A stretch of DNA of 64,000 nt from Candidatus Kaiserbacteria bacterium (GTDB lineage Bacteria; Patescibacteriota; Minisyncoccia; Phycocordibacterales; UBA918), in contig CP064968.1 in assembly GCA_016699245.1 (NCBI GenBank), positions 704,317-768,316 of the forward strand, read 5' to 3'. Shown here one piece after another: positions 8,570 to 18,327 of this stretch. A model generated the notes under the pieces. The model saw only the letters and a program-made list of their open reading frames with translations. It had not been told where the DNA came from and did not search any database. Every line of letters begins with the position of its first letter. Within the stretch, counting starts at the first letter, position 1. The translations under genes and the position numbers were made by a program.

Positions 8570-10010
8570 CTACGTCTCCTGCCCATACCCCTGCACTTCC
8601 ACCTTGACTGATTGATCAACAATCGGACAATCTATGGTGAATGTGGTGTTCACGCTGACGAAATATGATTGTGACCCAAGGCCTGTGGTTGACGGTACCC
8701 AGGGCATGCTATTTCTAGTGATGGCACAATTAATTTCCATGCCGGTACCCCATTCAACGAGTACGTCTTTCCCACTACTTGGCACCCTGCGTGGGTCTGC
8801 CTTGATGAAGGGTTCTGTATTCACATCAACTACTTTACTATCGAGGAGTCCTGGATACGGTGCGCAGGTGAGTGAGTACGTGGTGTCACTTGTGAGGGAT
8901 GAGGATAGTTCTGAGCCTGATGTCCCACCCCATGTATCTACACCACCAGTGACTTTTTGTTGGTGTACATCCACCTGTGGGTGTAATAGACCAATCGATA
9001 GTTGATTTTGTGTCGTATGCAATTGGAGAAGTGACCGTGAGGTTACCGGTTGGCTTTGGATGTACGGTGAAGCTTTTCTCCATGCAGTTGTTGGGTATTC
9101 CCGGAGGATCATCAGGTTCAACAATATCTCTGTTTGAATCGACACAATACTGAATATACAAGGTACCAGACCCACTCAGGTCTAGCGTAGCGATGTCTTG
9201 ACCAATTTCGTTTACGTCAAAACCTGCAGGGTGATCGGTATATGGAGTGATATCGATCCATGTACCAGTGACATTCCAGCGGTATGAGAAGTTGTTTTTA
9301 AAGGCATTGGGAGTAGGGATGACTCCTATATTTGTCATAGTCCCGTCTAAGACAACGATTTGTCCATCAAAGAATACGTTTCCTACTGAGGGGACGGTGG
9401 CGGTAAAGCCGATGGGTTTGAGGTCAGCATCATTTTGGATACAAGCGTAACCACTTCCTGTTACACCGTAAGGAGTACCATTTGTTGCTACTCCTGCAAA
9501 ACTTATCCACCCAACGACGGTAGACCCCCACGCATAGCCACTCCATGCACACCCTGTTGCAGTAACACCGTAATCAGGACCTGTGCCTGATAAACTAATC
9601 CACCCATCCCAACCTCCTGAATTAGCAGTTCCTCCCGCAAGCGCTTTAGCCCAACCTGTTACCACGCCAGTTGTACTATTAAAAAATGGTGCACAGGTAC
9701 CTGCACCTGAAGGACACCCCGACGTTTCATTGAAACTTATCCATCCTATATATTCACTCCATGCATATCCTGAAAGCGCACCATTGCTTGCAGCAGTAAC
9801 CCCATATGGTGACGTTCCGCATGATCCTGTATCAGTACAATTAAATGAAATCCATCCCATGGTTTCACTCCATGCATATCCTGAAAGATAATCAGATGCA
9901 CTTGATTCAGCATTCGGTACACGCATGCTGAATAAAGTTCCCACCACAATACCTATCAGCACGAGTGCATACGCGAGTAGATGCTTTGACTGTACTAAAT
10001 TGCTATTCAT
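8570..10010 (-). pseudogene. Large secreted surface protein with tandem GYAWSE.IGWISF repeats, split by a frameshift at a T5/A5 run (~8954-8958)
   Basis: ORFs 8886..10010 and 8570..9175 overlap in different frames. Joining them at ccaacaAAAAAgtcact gives a continuous, plausible ...GGCTPTK|VTGGVDTWGG... sequence. Signal peptide at the N-terminus. Confidence 0.55.
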
Positions 10011-10169
10011 GTAAATAATTGTTGTAGTTTTACTTAGTAATGTACATTAGTGTGTGAGCACGGGAACAAGTGGCAAAAATTAAAAGAGTTCTATAAAATA
10101 ATTATAGTAATGCCAATATATATATTGTACATCTTTGTTTGAATAGAAAACAAGAAAACGGTGGGTATA

Positions 10170-10200
10170 AAAAACCGCACGCCGTAGGCGTGCGGTTTTT
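10170..10200 (-). terminator. Intrinsic terminator after secY
   Basis: aaaaaccgcacgccgtaggcgtgcggttttt. Confidence 0.75.
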
Positions 10201-10216
10201 CTGTATTTGTTTGCTT

Positions 10217-11488
10217 CTAATACTGTCTCATCGAAACCTGTGAATCAATACGACGTACAAGGTCGATAACCACCGACACTGCAATAAGGAGTGCCGTACC
10301 ACCGATTGCGAGTGTTGTAACTCCCGTGAGAATCTGCATCGCCATAGGAAGTACGGCCACAAACCCAAGAAAGAGTGCTCCTGCAAGAGTGAGCCTCGTA
10401 ATCAATTTTCCGAGATATTCTGCGGTATGTACTCCGGGGCGAATACCCGGAATAAACGCACCATTGCGCTGCAAATTCTTTGACATCGCATCAGGGTCAA
10501 AGGTGACCGCAGTGTAGAAGAAGGTGAAGAGAATCACAAAGACAAAGTACACCACGGCGTAGAGTTCCTGATTGTTAAAGAATGCAGTCACTTTCTCAAG
10601 CAACAAAGCCACATGCGGGACATTGAATGATGAAAGAATATTCAAGACCATCTGGGGAAAGAGAATGATAGAGAGTGCAAAGATGATGGGAATCACCCCA
10701 GCCTGATTAAGGCGGAGTGGAAGATAACTGGTAGTACCCCCATAGGTCTTGCCGCCACGCACTTGCTTGGCATATGTAATCGGTACCTGCCTCTCGGCCT
10801 GCGTCATTACCACCACCCCATAGATAATACCGAGTGCAGCGATTACAAATCCAACAAAAAGCGGAATTTGTGATGCGTCAAAATTGTACATGAGTTGACC
10901 GATTGTCGCAGGAAGCGAAGCGACAATACCCGCAAAGATAATGATAGACACACCGTTCCCAATACCATACTCGGTCACCAATTCTCCAAGCCATAAAAGA
11001 AGCAAAGAACCAGCGACGACAATGAGAATGTTGATCATAAACTCAAACGTGGTAAGTCCTGAGATAACGCCCTGTGATTTCAAAAGCGAGAGGAATCCAA
11101 ACGCCTGTAAAATAGCAAGAGGGAGTGTGAGTTGGCGAGAATACTGTGTGAACTTTGCGCGACCGGTCTCCCCTTCCTCTGAATACATTGCTTTAAGAGA
11201 TGGTGACATCACGGTGAGGAGTTGCATGATAATGGATGCCGTAATAAACGGCCCGACACCAAGCATCACAATCGAGAGATTGGAAAGCCCCCCTCCTGAA
11301 AAGACATTCATGAGTCCAAGGAATTGGTTATTCTGGAAGAACTGTTGTAGGACTGTGGGGTCAACACCCGGAATTGGTACTGCAGTGAGAATGCGAAAGA
11401 CCACGAGTGCAAAGAGTACGAAGAGAACACGATCGCGAATCGCTTTTTCTCCGACAATGATTTTTAATTTTTGAAGAAAGATATCCAT
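10217..11488 (-). CDS. secY: Preprotein translocase subunit SecY
   Basis: 423-aa, 10-TM SecY family. Confidence 0.95.
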   Translation of the reverse strand: MDIFLQKLKIIVGEKAIRDRVLFVLFALVVFRILTAVPIPGVDPTVLQQFFQNNQFLGLMNVFSGGGLSNLSIVMLGVGPFITASIIMQLLTVMSPSLKAMYSEEGETGRAKFTQYSRQLTLPLAILQAFGFLSLLKSQGVISGLTTFEFMINILIVVAGSLLLLWLGELVTEYGIGNGVSIIIFAGIVASLPATIGQLMYNFDASQIPLFVGFVIAALGIIYGVVVMTQAERQVPITYAKQVRGGKTYGGTTSYLPLRLNQAGVIPIIFALSIILFPQMVLNILSSFNVPHVALLLEKVTAFFNNQELYAVVYFVFVILFTFFYTAVTFDPDAMSKNLQRNGAFIPGIRPGVHTAEYLGKLITRLTLAGALFLGFVAVLPMAMQILTGVTTLAIGGTALLIAVSVVIDLVRRIDSQVSMRQY

Positions 11489-11661
11489 CCTAGTGGTATG
11501 AAGCTAGTAAACAAGATTGGTCAATCAACTATAGAACATAGTGGTATTTTATCATAATCAGGTTATGCGTCATTTTTTCTTTGTTTGGAAGAAAAAATGA
11601 CGGGTCAGAAATATAATCAGTGCATTTCTTAATTTCTAGACCACTCCTGAGTGGTGCTGGA

Positions 11662-12111
11662 TTATAGTATCGATCCACCTACTGCTTCGATTTTAGTCTT
11701 TGCAGATGCTGAATATACACAGCCTGAAAGAGTAACTTTCTTGCTGATATCCCCATTTCCAAGGATCTTTACCTGAGGTGCCTTTCCGCGTCGAAGACTA
11801 ATGAGTCCCTTCGCAATAAGTGTCTGTGGTGATACGGTATCGCCAGCTTCGAATGCGGTGTTGAGTGCCGCGAGATTGATGACAACAGGAAGTACACGCT
11901 CATTGTTCACCGTGCGTGCTCGATTCTTACCGAACCCGCGCAGTTTTGGAAGTCGCTTTACGACATCGCGCATTTCTGGTCGTGGACGGCTACCTGCTCG
12001 GGCAGTCTGTCCCTTTCCTCCCTTTCCGGAAGTCTTTCCACGCTTACCACCGCGACCAATACGCTTTGCCGTTTTACGAACTGTCTTTGGTTGAAGTTGA
12101 TGTAGTTGCAT
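11662..12111 (-). CDS. rplO: 50S ribosomal protein L15
   Basis: Gly/Arg/Lys-rich N-terminus GRGGKRGKTSGKGGKGQ typical of L15. Confidence 0.9.
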   Translation of the reverse strand: MQLHQLQPKTVRKTAKRIGRGGKRGKTSGKGGKGQTARAGSRPRPEMRDVVKRLPKLRGFGKNRARTVNNERVLPVVINLAALNTAFEAGDTVSPQTLIAKGLISLRRGKAPQVKILGNGDISKKVTLSGCVYSASAKTKIEAVGGSIL

Positions 12112-12136
12112 GCTTAGTTTTTATTATTAGAGGTTG

Positions 12137-12811
12137 CTACGCTTTAAGTTTCTTAAGCGCTGCAATTGCTGAACGGGCATTATTAAGTTTGTTCTTGCTT
12201 CGTGAAAAGATTTTTGCGGTAACATCTTTTACGCCACCGAGTTCAAGGACCGTACGTACAGAACTTCCTGCAACGAGTCCCCTGCCTGGCGCAGGCATAA
12301 TCATAACCTCACTTGAAGACAACTTTGCCTGCACATCGTGAGGGATGTGCTGATACTTGTTGAGTGGAATTTCAATAATATTTTTACGAGCACTGCGGAC
12401 CGCCTTTTCAATAGCAAGTTGTGTGTCCCCTGCCTTGCCAATACCCACACCAACCTTTCCTTTCTTGTTTCCAATGACGATTGCCACCGAGAAACTGAAG
12501 CGACGACCTCCGGCCATCACACGAGTTACACGGCGAATACTGATGATTTTCTGGTCAAACTCAGAACGAACACGGTCGTCCCTACGTGTCGTGCGACGTG
12601 CGCGGCGTGGATTACGGCGATCATCTCCACCTCCTGATCCTCCTGTGCTTCCTGCACCACCACGACGTGCACCCCCTCCGCGCTGACCGCGATAAGATGA
12701 TGTAGCGCCAGCGGGTGCATCGGTGGTAGCGGGTGCACTTGGTGCATCTCCGGCTACCGGTGCTGGAACAACAGTTCCAGTTGTAGCTTCCTGCTGTGTA
12801 ACTTCATTCAT
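12137..12811 (-). CDS. rpsE: 30S ribosomal protein S5 with ~85-aa low-complexity (Ala/Gly/Arg-rich) N-terminal extension
   Basis: C-terminal 140 aa match S5 (VTRVMAGGRRFSF...GNKKGKVGVGIGKA). No L30 gene between S5 and L15. Confidence 0.9.
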   Translation of the reverse strand: MNEVTQQEATTGTVVPAPVAGDAPSAPATTDAPAGATSSYRGQRGGGARRGGAGSTGGSGGGDDRRNPRRARRTTRRDDRVRSEFDQKIISIRRVTRVMAGGRRFSFSVAIVIGNKKGKVGVGIGKAGDTQLAIEKAVRSARKNIIEIPLNKYQHIPHDVQAKLSSSEVMIMPAPGRGLVAGSSVRTVLELGGVKDVTAKIFSRSKNKLNNARSAIAALKKLKA

Positions 12812-12835
12812 GAATGTATATAATTAATTTTACAA

Positions 12836-13186
12836 TTAGAACTGTAGTCCTCCTTCGCGTGCTCCTTCTGCAAGTTCTACCACTGCGCCCTGATACTGGA
12901 ATCCACCGCGATCAAAGACTACGCGCTCTACTCCCTTCTTCTTTCCAGCCTCAGCCACGAGAGTACCGAGAGAGCGCGCGCGAAGAAGGGCTGTGGCCCC
13001 CGTAGCCTTTCGTGTATCAAGTCCGACAAGTGTTACTCCACTTTCATCATCGATGAGTTGTGCATAGATAAAACGATTACTGCGAAAGACGGCAAGACGT
13101 GGGCATGTTGCAGTACCGCTGACCTTTGCACGAATACGTGCATGTCGGCGAATGCGCTTTGCTACTTTTTGTGATGTGATACTCAT
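12836..13186 (-). CDS. rplR: 50S ribosomal protein L18
   Basis: L18 family and conserved order. Confidence 0.9.
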   Translation of the reverse strand: MSITSQKVAKRIRRHARIRAKVSGTATCPRLAVFRSNRFIYAQLIDDESGVTLVGLDTRKATGATALLRARSLGTLVAEAGKKKGVERVVFDRGGFQYQGAVVELAEGAREGGLQF

Positions 13187-13207
13187 AGTACGATTCTAAG
13201 CGTGCGA

Positions 13208-13744
13208 TTATGCAACACCCTTCTTACCCTGCTTTCTGATAATGAATTCACCTCGGTAACGAATACCCTTACCCTTGTATGGCTCTGGCTTCTTTACCTT
13301 ATGAATATCGGCAGCAAACTGTCCGACTACTTCTTTATCAATACCGGTAACAGTAATAACACCTTTCTCAGTAGTGATGTGGACTCCTTCTGGTGCAATG
13401 AGTTCTACGGGGTGTGAGAAACCGACATTCAACTTAATCTTGTTGCCTTGTGCTTCACCCTTGTAGCCCACTCCTTCAATTTCTAGAATCTTCGTGAAAC
13501 CTTCGGTAACGCCTTTAATCATGTTGTGAATGTGTGCTGCGTAGGTACCCCAAAGTGCCTGAGTCTTCTTGTTTTCTTTGGTTTTGGTTACCGTTGCAAC
13601 ACTTCCCTCTACGGTAACAGCAATATCACCCGCAACAATGCGTGAAAGTTCACCTTTCGGTCCTTTGACCTTAATCAAACCCTCAGCAACCGTAATTTCT
13701 ACGTTTGCGGGAATCTGAATTGGTTGTTTTCCTAATCTGCTCAT
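13208..13744 (-). CDS. rplF: 50S ribosomal protein L6
   Basis: L6 family and conserved order. Confidence 0.9.
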   Translation of the reverse strand: MSRLGKQPIQIPANVEITVAEGLIKVKGPKGELSRIVAGDIAVTVEGSVATVTKTKENKKTQALWGTYAAHIHNMIKGVTEGFTKILEIEGVGYKGEAQGNKIKLNVGFSHPVELIAPEGVHITTEKGVITVTGIDKEVVGQFAADIHKVKKPEPYKGKGIRYRGEFIIRKQGKKGVA

Positions 13745-13756
13745 AATGTGTGTAGA

Positions 13757-14152
13757 TTACCAAATGATGAATAGTTCCTCGCCACCTACATTCTTCTCCT
13801 TTGCTTCTTCACCGGTAAGAATGCCTGCGGGAGTTGAGAGAATACGCTTTCCCTTGCCAAACTTGACGGGGAAAATCTCTGCAACACCGAGATAAAGACG
13901 TCGACCTGGCTTTGAAACACGCTTTACGCCACGAATTTCGTGGGTACCCGCCTCGTCATACTTGAGGGTAATATCAAGCGTCTTCTTAACCTTTTTGCCA
14001 TATTTTTCTGCTTTTGTGATAAAACCCGATTCAACGAGTTTGTCCGCAATTGCATGCTTCAACTTTGAGTACGGAATACTAATGGATACTTTTCGAACCA
14101 TTCCAGCGTTCTTGAGCTGAATGATGAAATCTCCTACAGGGTCGTTTACCAT
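13757..14152 (-). CDS. rpsH: 30S ribosomal protein S8
   Basis: S8 family and conserved order. Confidence 0.9.
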   Translation of the reverse strand: MVNDPVGDFIIQLKNAGMVRKVSISIPYSKLKHAIADKLVESGFITKAEKYGKKVKKTLDITLKYDEAGTHEIRGVKRVSKPGRRLYLGVAEIFPVKFGKGKRILSTPAGILTGEEAKEKNVGGEELFIIW

Positions 14153-14331
14153 GATGATTTCTTAATACCTGGTATATGTCCTTCATGCGCAGCTTCGCGG
14201 AAACAGATTCGACACATATCGAAATCTCGCATGTACCCACGCTTTCGACCGCATTTGAAGCATCGGCGTACTACTTGGCTCTTGTACTTTGGCGTGCGGA
14301 GTGCACGCAATTTGACTGATTTTCTTGCCAT
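14146..14331 (-). CDS. rpsZ: 30S ribosomal protein S14 type Z (zinc ribbon CxxC...CxxC)
   Basis: Internal ATG at 14331 gives the 61-aa MARKSVKLRALRTPKYKSQVVRRCFKCGRKRGYMRDFDMCRICFRE.. product. The longer ORF N-terminus is non-homologous. Confidence 0.85.
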   Translation of the reverse strand: MARKSVKLRALRTPKYKSQVVRRCFKCGRKRGYMRDFDMCRICFREAAHEGHIPGIKKSSW

Positions 14332-14587
14332 TACGATTATGGGTTGGTTAATAACTTTTGGTAAACCAAAAGAAGCGTTATTTTGATTGGCGAAAAGTGG
14401 TCTCACCGAGAAGTGGTGACCGTTCTCTCCTTACGCAGTACTCAAAAAGACTCGCTTTCCGTTGCACTCAGTCGAGTGTACAATCGGCGCGTCTGTGTTT
14501 CCCTATGGGCTTAACACGAGAGTGTGCGAATATCGCTACGTGGGAGACTATACCAAAAATAGCCCTAGGAGTCAACATAAAATAAAA

Positions 14588-14625
14588 CTCCCTCCAGTAT
14601 GCAAAGCATACTGGAGGAGTTTTGA
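14588..14625 (-). terminator. Terminator/attenuator hairpin immediately after rplE
   Basis: ctccctccagtatgcaaagcatactggaggag with T-runs on both sides. About 250 nt of noncoding sequence then precede rpsZ. Confidence 0.55.
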
Positions 14626-14635
14626 TTTTGTGTGT

Positions 14636-15220
14636 CTATTTTCTGCGTTTTGAATCTTTCTTTACTTTCTTTTCTTCAGCAGTTCCCTTTGCTTTGAGGG
14701 GGAGTCCGATGTAGCGGAGGAGTGCCTCTGCTTCTTTCTTTGTCTTTGCAGTGGTAACGATAGTGATTGCAAATCCAAATACATCCTTGATTTCCTCGTC
14801 AGCAGTTTCTGGGAAAATGGTGTGTTCCTTGATGCCGATAGTGTAATTACCCATTTCATCAATTGCTCCCACCTTGAGTCCGCGGAAGTCGCGTGTCTGA
14901 GGAATAGAAAGGTGAATCAACTTATGGAGAAAATCATGCATACGCGGACCACGAAGTGTAGCCTGGTAGCCAATAATCTCACCCTCACGAAGCTTAAATG
15001 ATGCAATGGACTGTTTAGCAGGACGGGGCATTAATTTTTGCCCTGTGATACGTGCAAGACGATCCTGAATAAGTACCAATTTTTGTTTGTCTTGAATCTT
15101 TCCGGTACCGGTTGAAATCACCACCTTTGAAACACGTGGTGCTTGCATTACATTCGTATACCCACACTCCTCTTTGAGGGCTGCATAGGTTCCTTGTAAT
15201 GTTTCTTTCATTGTTTTCAT
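14636..15220 (-). CDS. rplE: 50S ribosomal protein L5
   Basis: L5 family. Confidence 0.9.
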   Translation of the reverse strand: MKTMKETLQGTYAALKEECGYTNVMQAPRVSKVVISTGTGKIQDKQKLVLIQDRLARITGQKLMPRPAKQSIASFKLREGEIIGYQATLRGPRMHDFLHKLIHLSIPQTRDFRGLKVGAIDEMGNYTIGIKEHTIFPETADEEIKDVFGFAITIVTTAKTKKEAEALLRYIGLPLKAKGTAEEKKVKKDSKRRK

Positions 15221-15248
15221 ACGACCAAATATTATTCGTTACCTCGTA

Positions 15249-15566
15249 CTAAATCTTTGTACCAGTCGGACGTGCGACACGTACTTTTTTTGCTGCATCA
15301 CCCTCGCCCTCGGTGATGTATCCAACGCGTACTGGCTTGCCTGTCTTGGCATCTTTAAATGCAACATTCGATACAGGAATCGGCATTGGTTTCTCAATGA
15401 TTTGTCCCAGTGTGCCGCGGCGCTTTGCCTTTTGGTGGCGTTTCGAGATATTTACTCCCTCTATAAGCACCTTCATTTGACGCGGAAAACTAATCATCAC
15501 TTTCCCTTCCTTTCCCTTATCCTTTCCTGCGGTTACCAAAACGGTATCTCCTTTTTTTATTTTCAT
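15249..15566 (-). CDS. rplX: 50S ribosomal protein L24
   Basis: KOW-type L24 (MKIKKGDTVLVTAGKDKGKEGKV). Confidence 0.9.
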   Translation of the reverse strand: MKIKKGDTVLVTAGKDKGKEGKVMISFPRQMKVLIEGVNISKRHQKAKRRGTLGQIIEKPMPIPVSNVAFKDAKTGKPVRVGYITEGEGDAAKKVRVARPTGTKI

Positions 15567-15587
15567 ATAGATAACATTAGATATCGT

Positions 15588-15959
15588 TTATACCACCTCA
15601 GGTGCGAGTGAGACAATCTTCTGGTAACCTGCTTCACCTAATTCGCGTGGAATAGGGCCAAACACACGGTTTGCCTTTGGTTCCTTCTTTTCCTTGTCGA
15701 CCAAGACAACTGCATTGTCGTCAAAACTGACATACGAACCATCTTTGCGCCTGAATGGCTTTACCTGGCGAACCACTACTCCGTACACAATATCCTTCTT
15801 CTTCACAGGCTTTCGTGGTTCTGCTGTTTGTACGGAAAGCACCACGAGTTCGCCGAGTTCTGCGGTGCGCTTCTTTGAGCCGCCGAGTACCTTAAATACA
15901 CGACCAATCTTTCCTCCTGAGTTGTCAGTAATTTTGACAATTGATTGTGGTTGAATCAT
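15588..15959 (-). CDS. rplN: 50S ribosomal protein L14
   Basis: MIQPQSIVKITDNSGGK... L14. Confidence 0.9.
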   Translation of the reverse strand: MIQPQSIVKITDNSGGKIGRVFKVLGGSKKRTAELGELVVLSVQTAEPRKPVKKKDIVYGVVVRQVKPFRRKDGSYVSFDDNAVVLVDKEKKEPKANRVFGPIPRELGEAGYQKIVSLAPEVV

Positions 15960-15978
15960 ACGTAAATATTTAGCGCGA

Positions 15979-16242
15979 TTAACCCTTTACGAGCTCAAAG
16001 TGCTTTCGCTTTGAGAGTGGACGTGTCTCGCGGATTTCGACTAAATCCCCTTCCTTTGCAGTATTACCCTTATCATCAACGAGGTACTTTTTGGTACGAC
16101 GCATGAACTTCTTGTATTTTGGGTGCATAACGTAACGCTCAACAGCGACCGTGATGGTGTCCGTCATTTTTATGGAAACCACAGTCCCACGGAGAACGCG
16201 TCCTCCGGCGAGTGTTGTTTCTGTTGTTGTTTCTGTTGCCAT
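15979..16242 (-). CDS. rpsQ: 30S ribosomal protein S17
   Basis: S17 family. Confidence 0.9.
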   Translation of the reverse strand: MATETTTETTLAGGRVLRGTVVSIKMTDTITVAVERYVMHPKYKKFMRRTKKYLVDDKGNTAKEGDLVEIRETRPLSKRKHFELVKG

Positions 16243-16261
16243 ATTATTTATAGAGGACTAG

Positions 16262-16453
16262 TTATGCTTTTGCCCGAGTGCGAAGTTCAGTGAGTGCTTG
16301 TGCAATTTCGTGTCGGATTGCCCGAATTGAACGAGTATTGCGCATGCCACTTCCAGTCACTCCAAATCGGAGTTTACGGAGTTCCTCTCGCTTTTCGTTG
16401 ATAAATTGTACAAGGTCTCCGTCAGTCTTCTTTTGTAATTCAGTCATAGTCAT
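16262..16453 (-). CDS. rpmC: 50S ribosomal protein L29
   Basis: Internal ATG at 16453 (MTMTELQKKTDGDLVQFINEKREELRKLRF...). The longer ORF overlaps rplP out of frame. Confidence 0.85.
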   Translation of the reverse strand: MTMTELQKKTDGDLVQFINEKREELRKLRFGVTGSGMRNTRSIRAIRHEIAQALTELRTRAKA

Positions 16454-16457
16454 ACGA

Positions 16458-16892
16458 TTACACAGTAGTTTCTTCACGGGTAACGACCTTTGCCTTGAGC
16501 GGAAGTTTTGCGGCTGCCTTTCTGAGTGCCTCACGCGCTACGACCTCGCTTACACCGTCAATCTCAAAGAGAATACGACCTGGGCGTACATCAAACATGT
16601 AATGATCCAAATCTCCCTTTCCCTTACCCATTGGTACTTCTGCTGCCTTTTTGGTAACTGGCTTGTCAGGGAAAATACGAATCCAAATCTTTCCCGTCTT
16701 TCCGAGTGTACGTGAAATCACGCGTCGCGCAGCTTCAATTTGGTTGCTCTTTACACGAGACTGTGTCTGAGCCTTGAGTCCGAATGCACCAAAGGCTACC
16801 GTGATACCACGTGTCTCTGGAGCGTTGAGGCGATCAGGATGCTTGCGCCCTGTCTGCCACTTTCGGTGTTTTACTTTTTTAGGAAATAACAT
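16458..16892 (-). CDS. rplP: 50S ribosomal protein L16
   Basis: L16 family. Confidence 0.9.
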   Translation of the reverse strand: MLFPKKVKHRKWQTGRKHPDRLNAPETRGITVAFGAFGLKAQTQSRVKSNQIEAARRVISRTLGKTGKIWIRIFPDKPVTKKAAEVPMGKGKGDLDHYMFDVRPGRILFEIDGVSEVVAREALRKAAAKLPLKAKVVTREETTV

Positions 16893-16903
16893 ACGCGAAT
16901 TGA

Positions 16904-17626
16904 TTATGCTTGATTACGTGTTCGACGCTCTCTCTGAGCAGTGCTTCTCTCGTCAGTATTTGCGGTTCGGTCTGCAAAAATATCTCCGCGGTAAATCCAT
17001 ACCTTTACACCGATAGCGCCGTATGGAAGGGTTGCGGTCTCGCGTGAAAAGTCGATGTCAGCGCGCAAGGTCTGGAGTGGAATACGGCCGCGCTTGATTT
17101 CTTCTTTACGTGCCATTTCAGCACCGCCAAGACGTCCTGAGGTGATAATACGCACACCTTTTACATCGCGGTTCGCCATCACCTTTTCTGCAGTCATCTT
17201 CATAACACGGCGGAATGGCATACGCTTTTCGAGACCTTCTACTACCATTTGACCCACGATTGACGCACTTGTCTCAGGAGAGCGAATTTCCTCGATATCA
17301 ATCTTTATGTCTGGTTTCTCAGTGAGTTTGAGTGTGCGGAGAAGCATGTCTACTTCTTTACGAAGTTTTGTTGCTCCTTCTCCACTACGGCCAATGATAA
17401 GGCCAGGGCGTGAAGTACTGATGATAACGCGAAAGACCTTTTCGTTGCGCTCAATCTCAACATTAGCGATGTGCATACCGCGCAACTTCTTTGCGAGATA
17501 CTTACGCACTGCACCGTCGGTACGAATGTACTCACGGTACTTCTTTGGATCAGCAGCAAACCATCGTGACTTCCAGTCACGGATGACTCCGAGGCGCTGT
17601 ACGTATGGGTGTGCGACGTGTGTCAT
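16904..17626 (-). CDS. rpsC: 30S ribosomal protein S3
   Basis: S3 family with KH domain. Confidence 0.9.
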   Translation of the reverse strand: MTHVAHPYVQRLGVIRDWKSRWFAADPKKYREYIRTDGAVRKYLAKKLRGMHIANVEIERNEKVFRVIISTSRPGLIIGRSGEGATKLRKEVDMLLRTLKLTEKPDIKIDIEEIRSPETSASIVGQMVVEGLEKRMPFRRVMKMTAEKVMANRDVKGVRIITSGRLGGAEMARKEEIKRGRIPLQTLRADIDFSRETATLPYGAIGVKVWIYRGDIFADRTANTDERSTAQRERRTRNQA

Positions 17627-17656
17627 GGTAGTGATTACAATTAAAATTAAGAACGA

Positions 17657-17980
17657 TTACTTGGTGCTCAGTTCAACCTTAATATGGCTGTTGCGCTTGT
17701 TGATGCGTGCGGCAGTACCACGAGCACGTGGCATAAAACGCTTCAACACCGTACCCTTATCAACCGCGATTGACTTCACAATCAAGCGTGATACATCCGC
17801 TCCTTGAGACTTTGCGTTTGCCTCAGCAGACTTGATGAGTTTGGTAAAAGGAAGTGCAGCACGCTTATTGACGAAGGTAAGCATATCGAGTGCCTTCTTG
17901 ACATCTTTGCCACGTACGAGGTCTGCAATGAGACGTACTTTACGTGGTGATTGACGATAGTTTTTGAGTATTGCTTTCAT
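17657..17980 (-). CDS. rplV: 50S ribosomal protein L22
   Basis: L22 family. Confidence 0.9.
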   Translation of the reverse strand: MKAILKNYRQSPRKVRLIADLVRGKDVKKALDMLTFVNKRAALPFTKLIKSAEANAKSQGADVSRLIVKSIAVDKGTVLKRFMPRARGTAARINKRNSHIKVELSTK

Positions 17981-17988
17981 ATGAGAGA

Positions 17989-18327
17989 CTATTTCTTAGC
18001 GGGGGCTACTTTTGCGGCCTTTGCTGCTGCTACCTCTGCGTCCTTTCGCTTCGTCTCGAGTTCCTTTTGCATCTTTCCTCCGTGACGGATGAATTTCTTT
18101 GTTGGTGAAAATTCGCCAAGACGATGCCCTACCATCTCTTCAACAATAAGTACCTCAACATGGGTCTTGCCGTTATGGACACCAAACGTGAATCCCAACA
18201 TTTCTGGAGTGATTACAGACGCACGGTCCCACACTTTAATAACACCAGTATCAACTGCCTTCTTACCCTGAACTTTCTTCAGGATTTTTTCATTTACATA
18301 TGGTCCTTTATATAGTGATCGTGACAT
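17989..18327 (-). CDS. rpsS: 30S ribosomal protein S19 with Lys/Ala-rich C-terminal tail
   Basis: MSRSLYKGPYV... S19. Tail KDAEVAAAKAAKVAPAKK. Confidence 0.9.
   Translation of the reverse strand: MSRSLYKGPYVNEKILKKVQGKKAVDTGVIKVWDRASVITPEMLGFTFGVHNGKTHVEVLIVEEMVGHRLGEFSPTKKFIRHGGKMQKELETKRKDAEVAAAKAAKVAPAKK

Noticed and set aside
10941-11474. 177-aa ORF antisense to secY
   Set aside because: Lies wholly inside secY on the opposite strand with no support.
17307-17807. 166-aa plus-strand ORF
   Set aside because: Antisense to rpsC/rplV.
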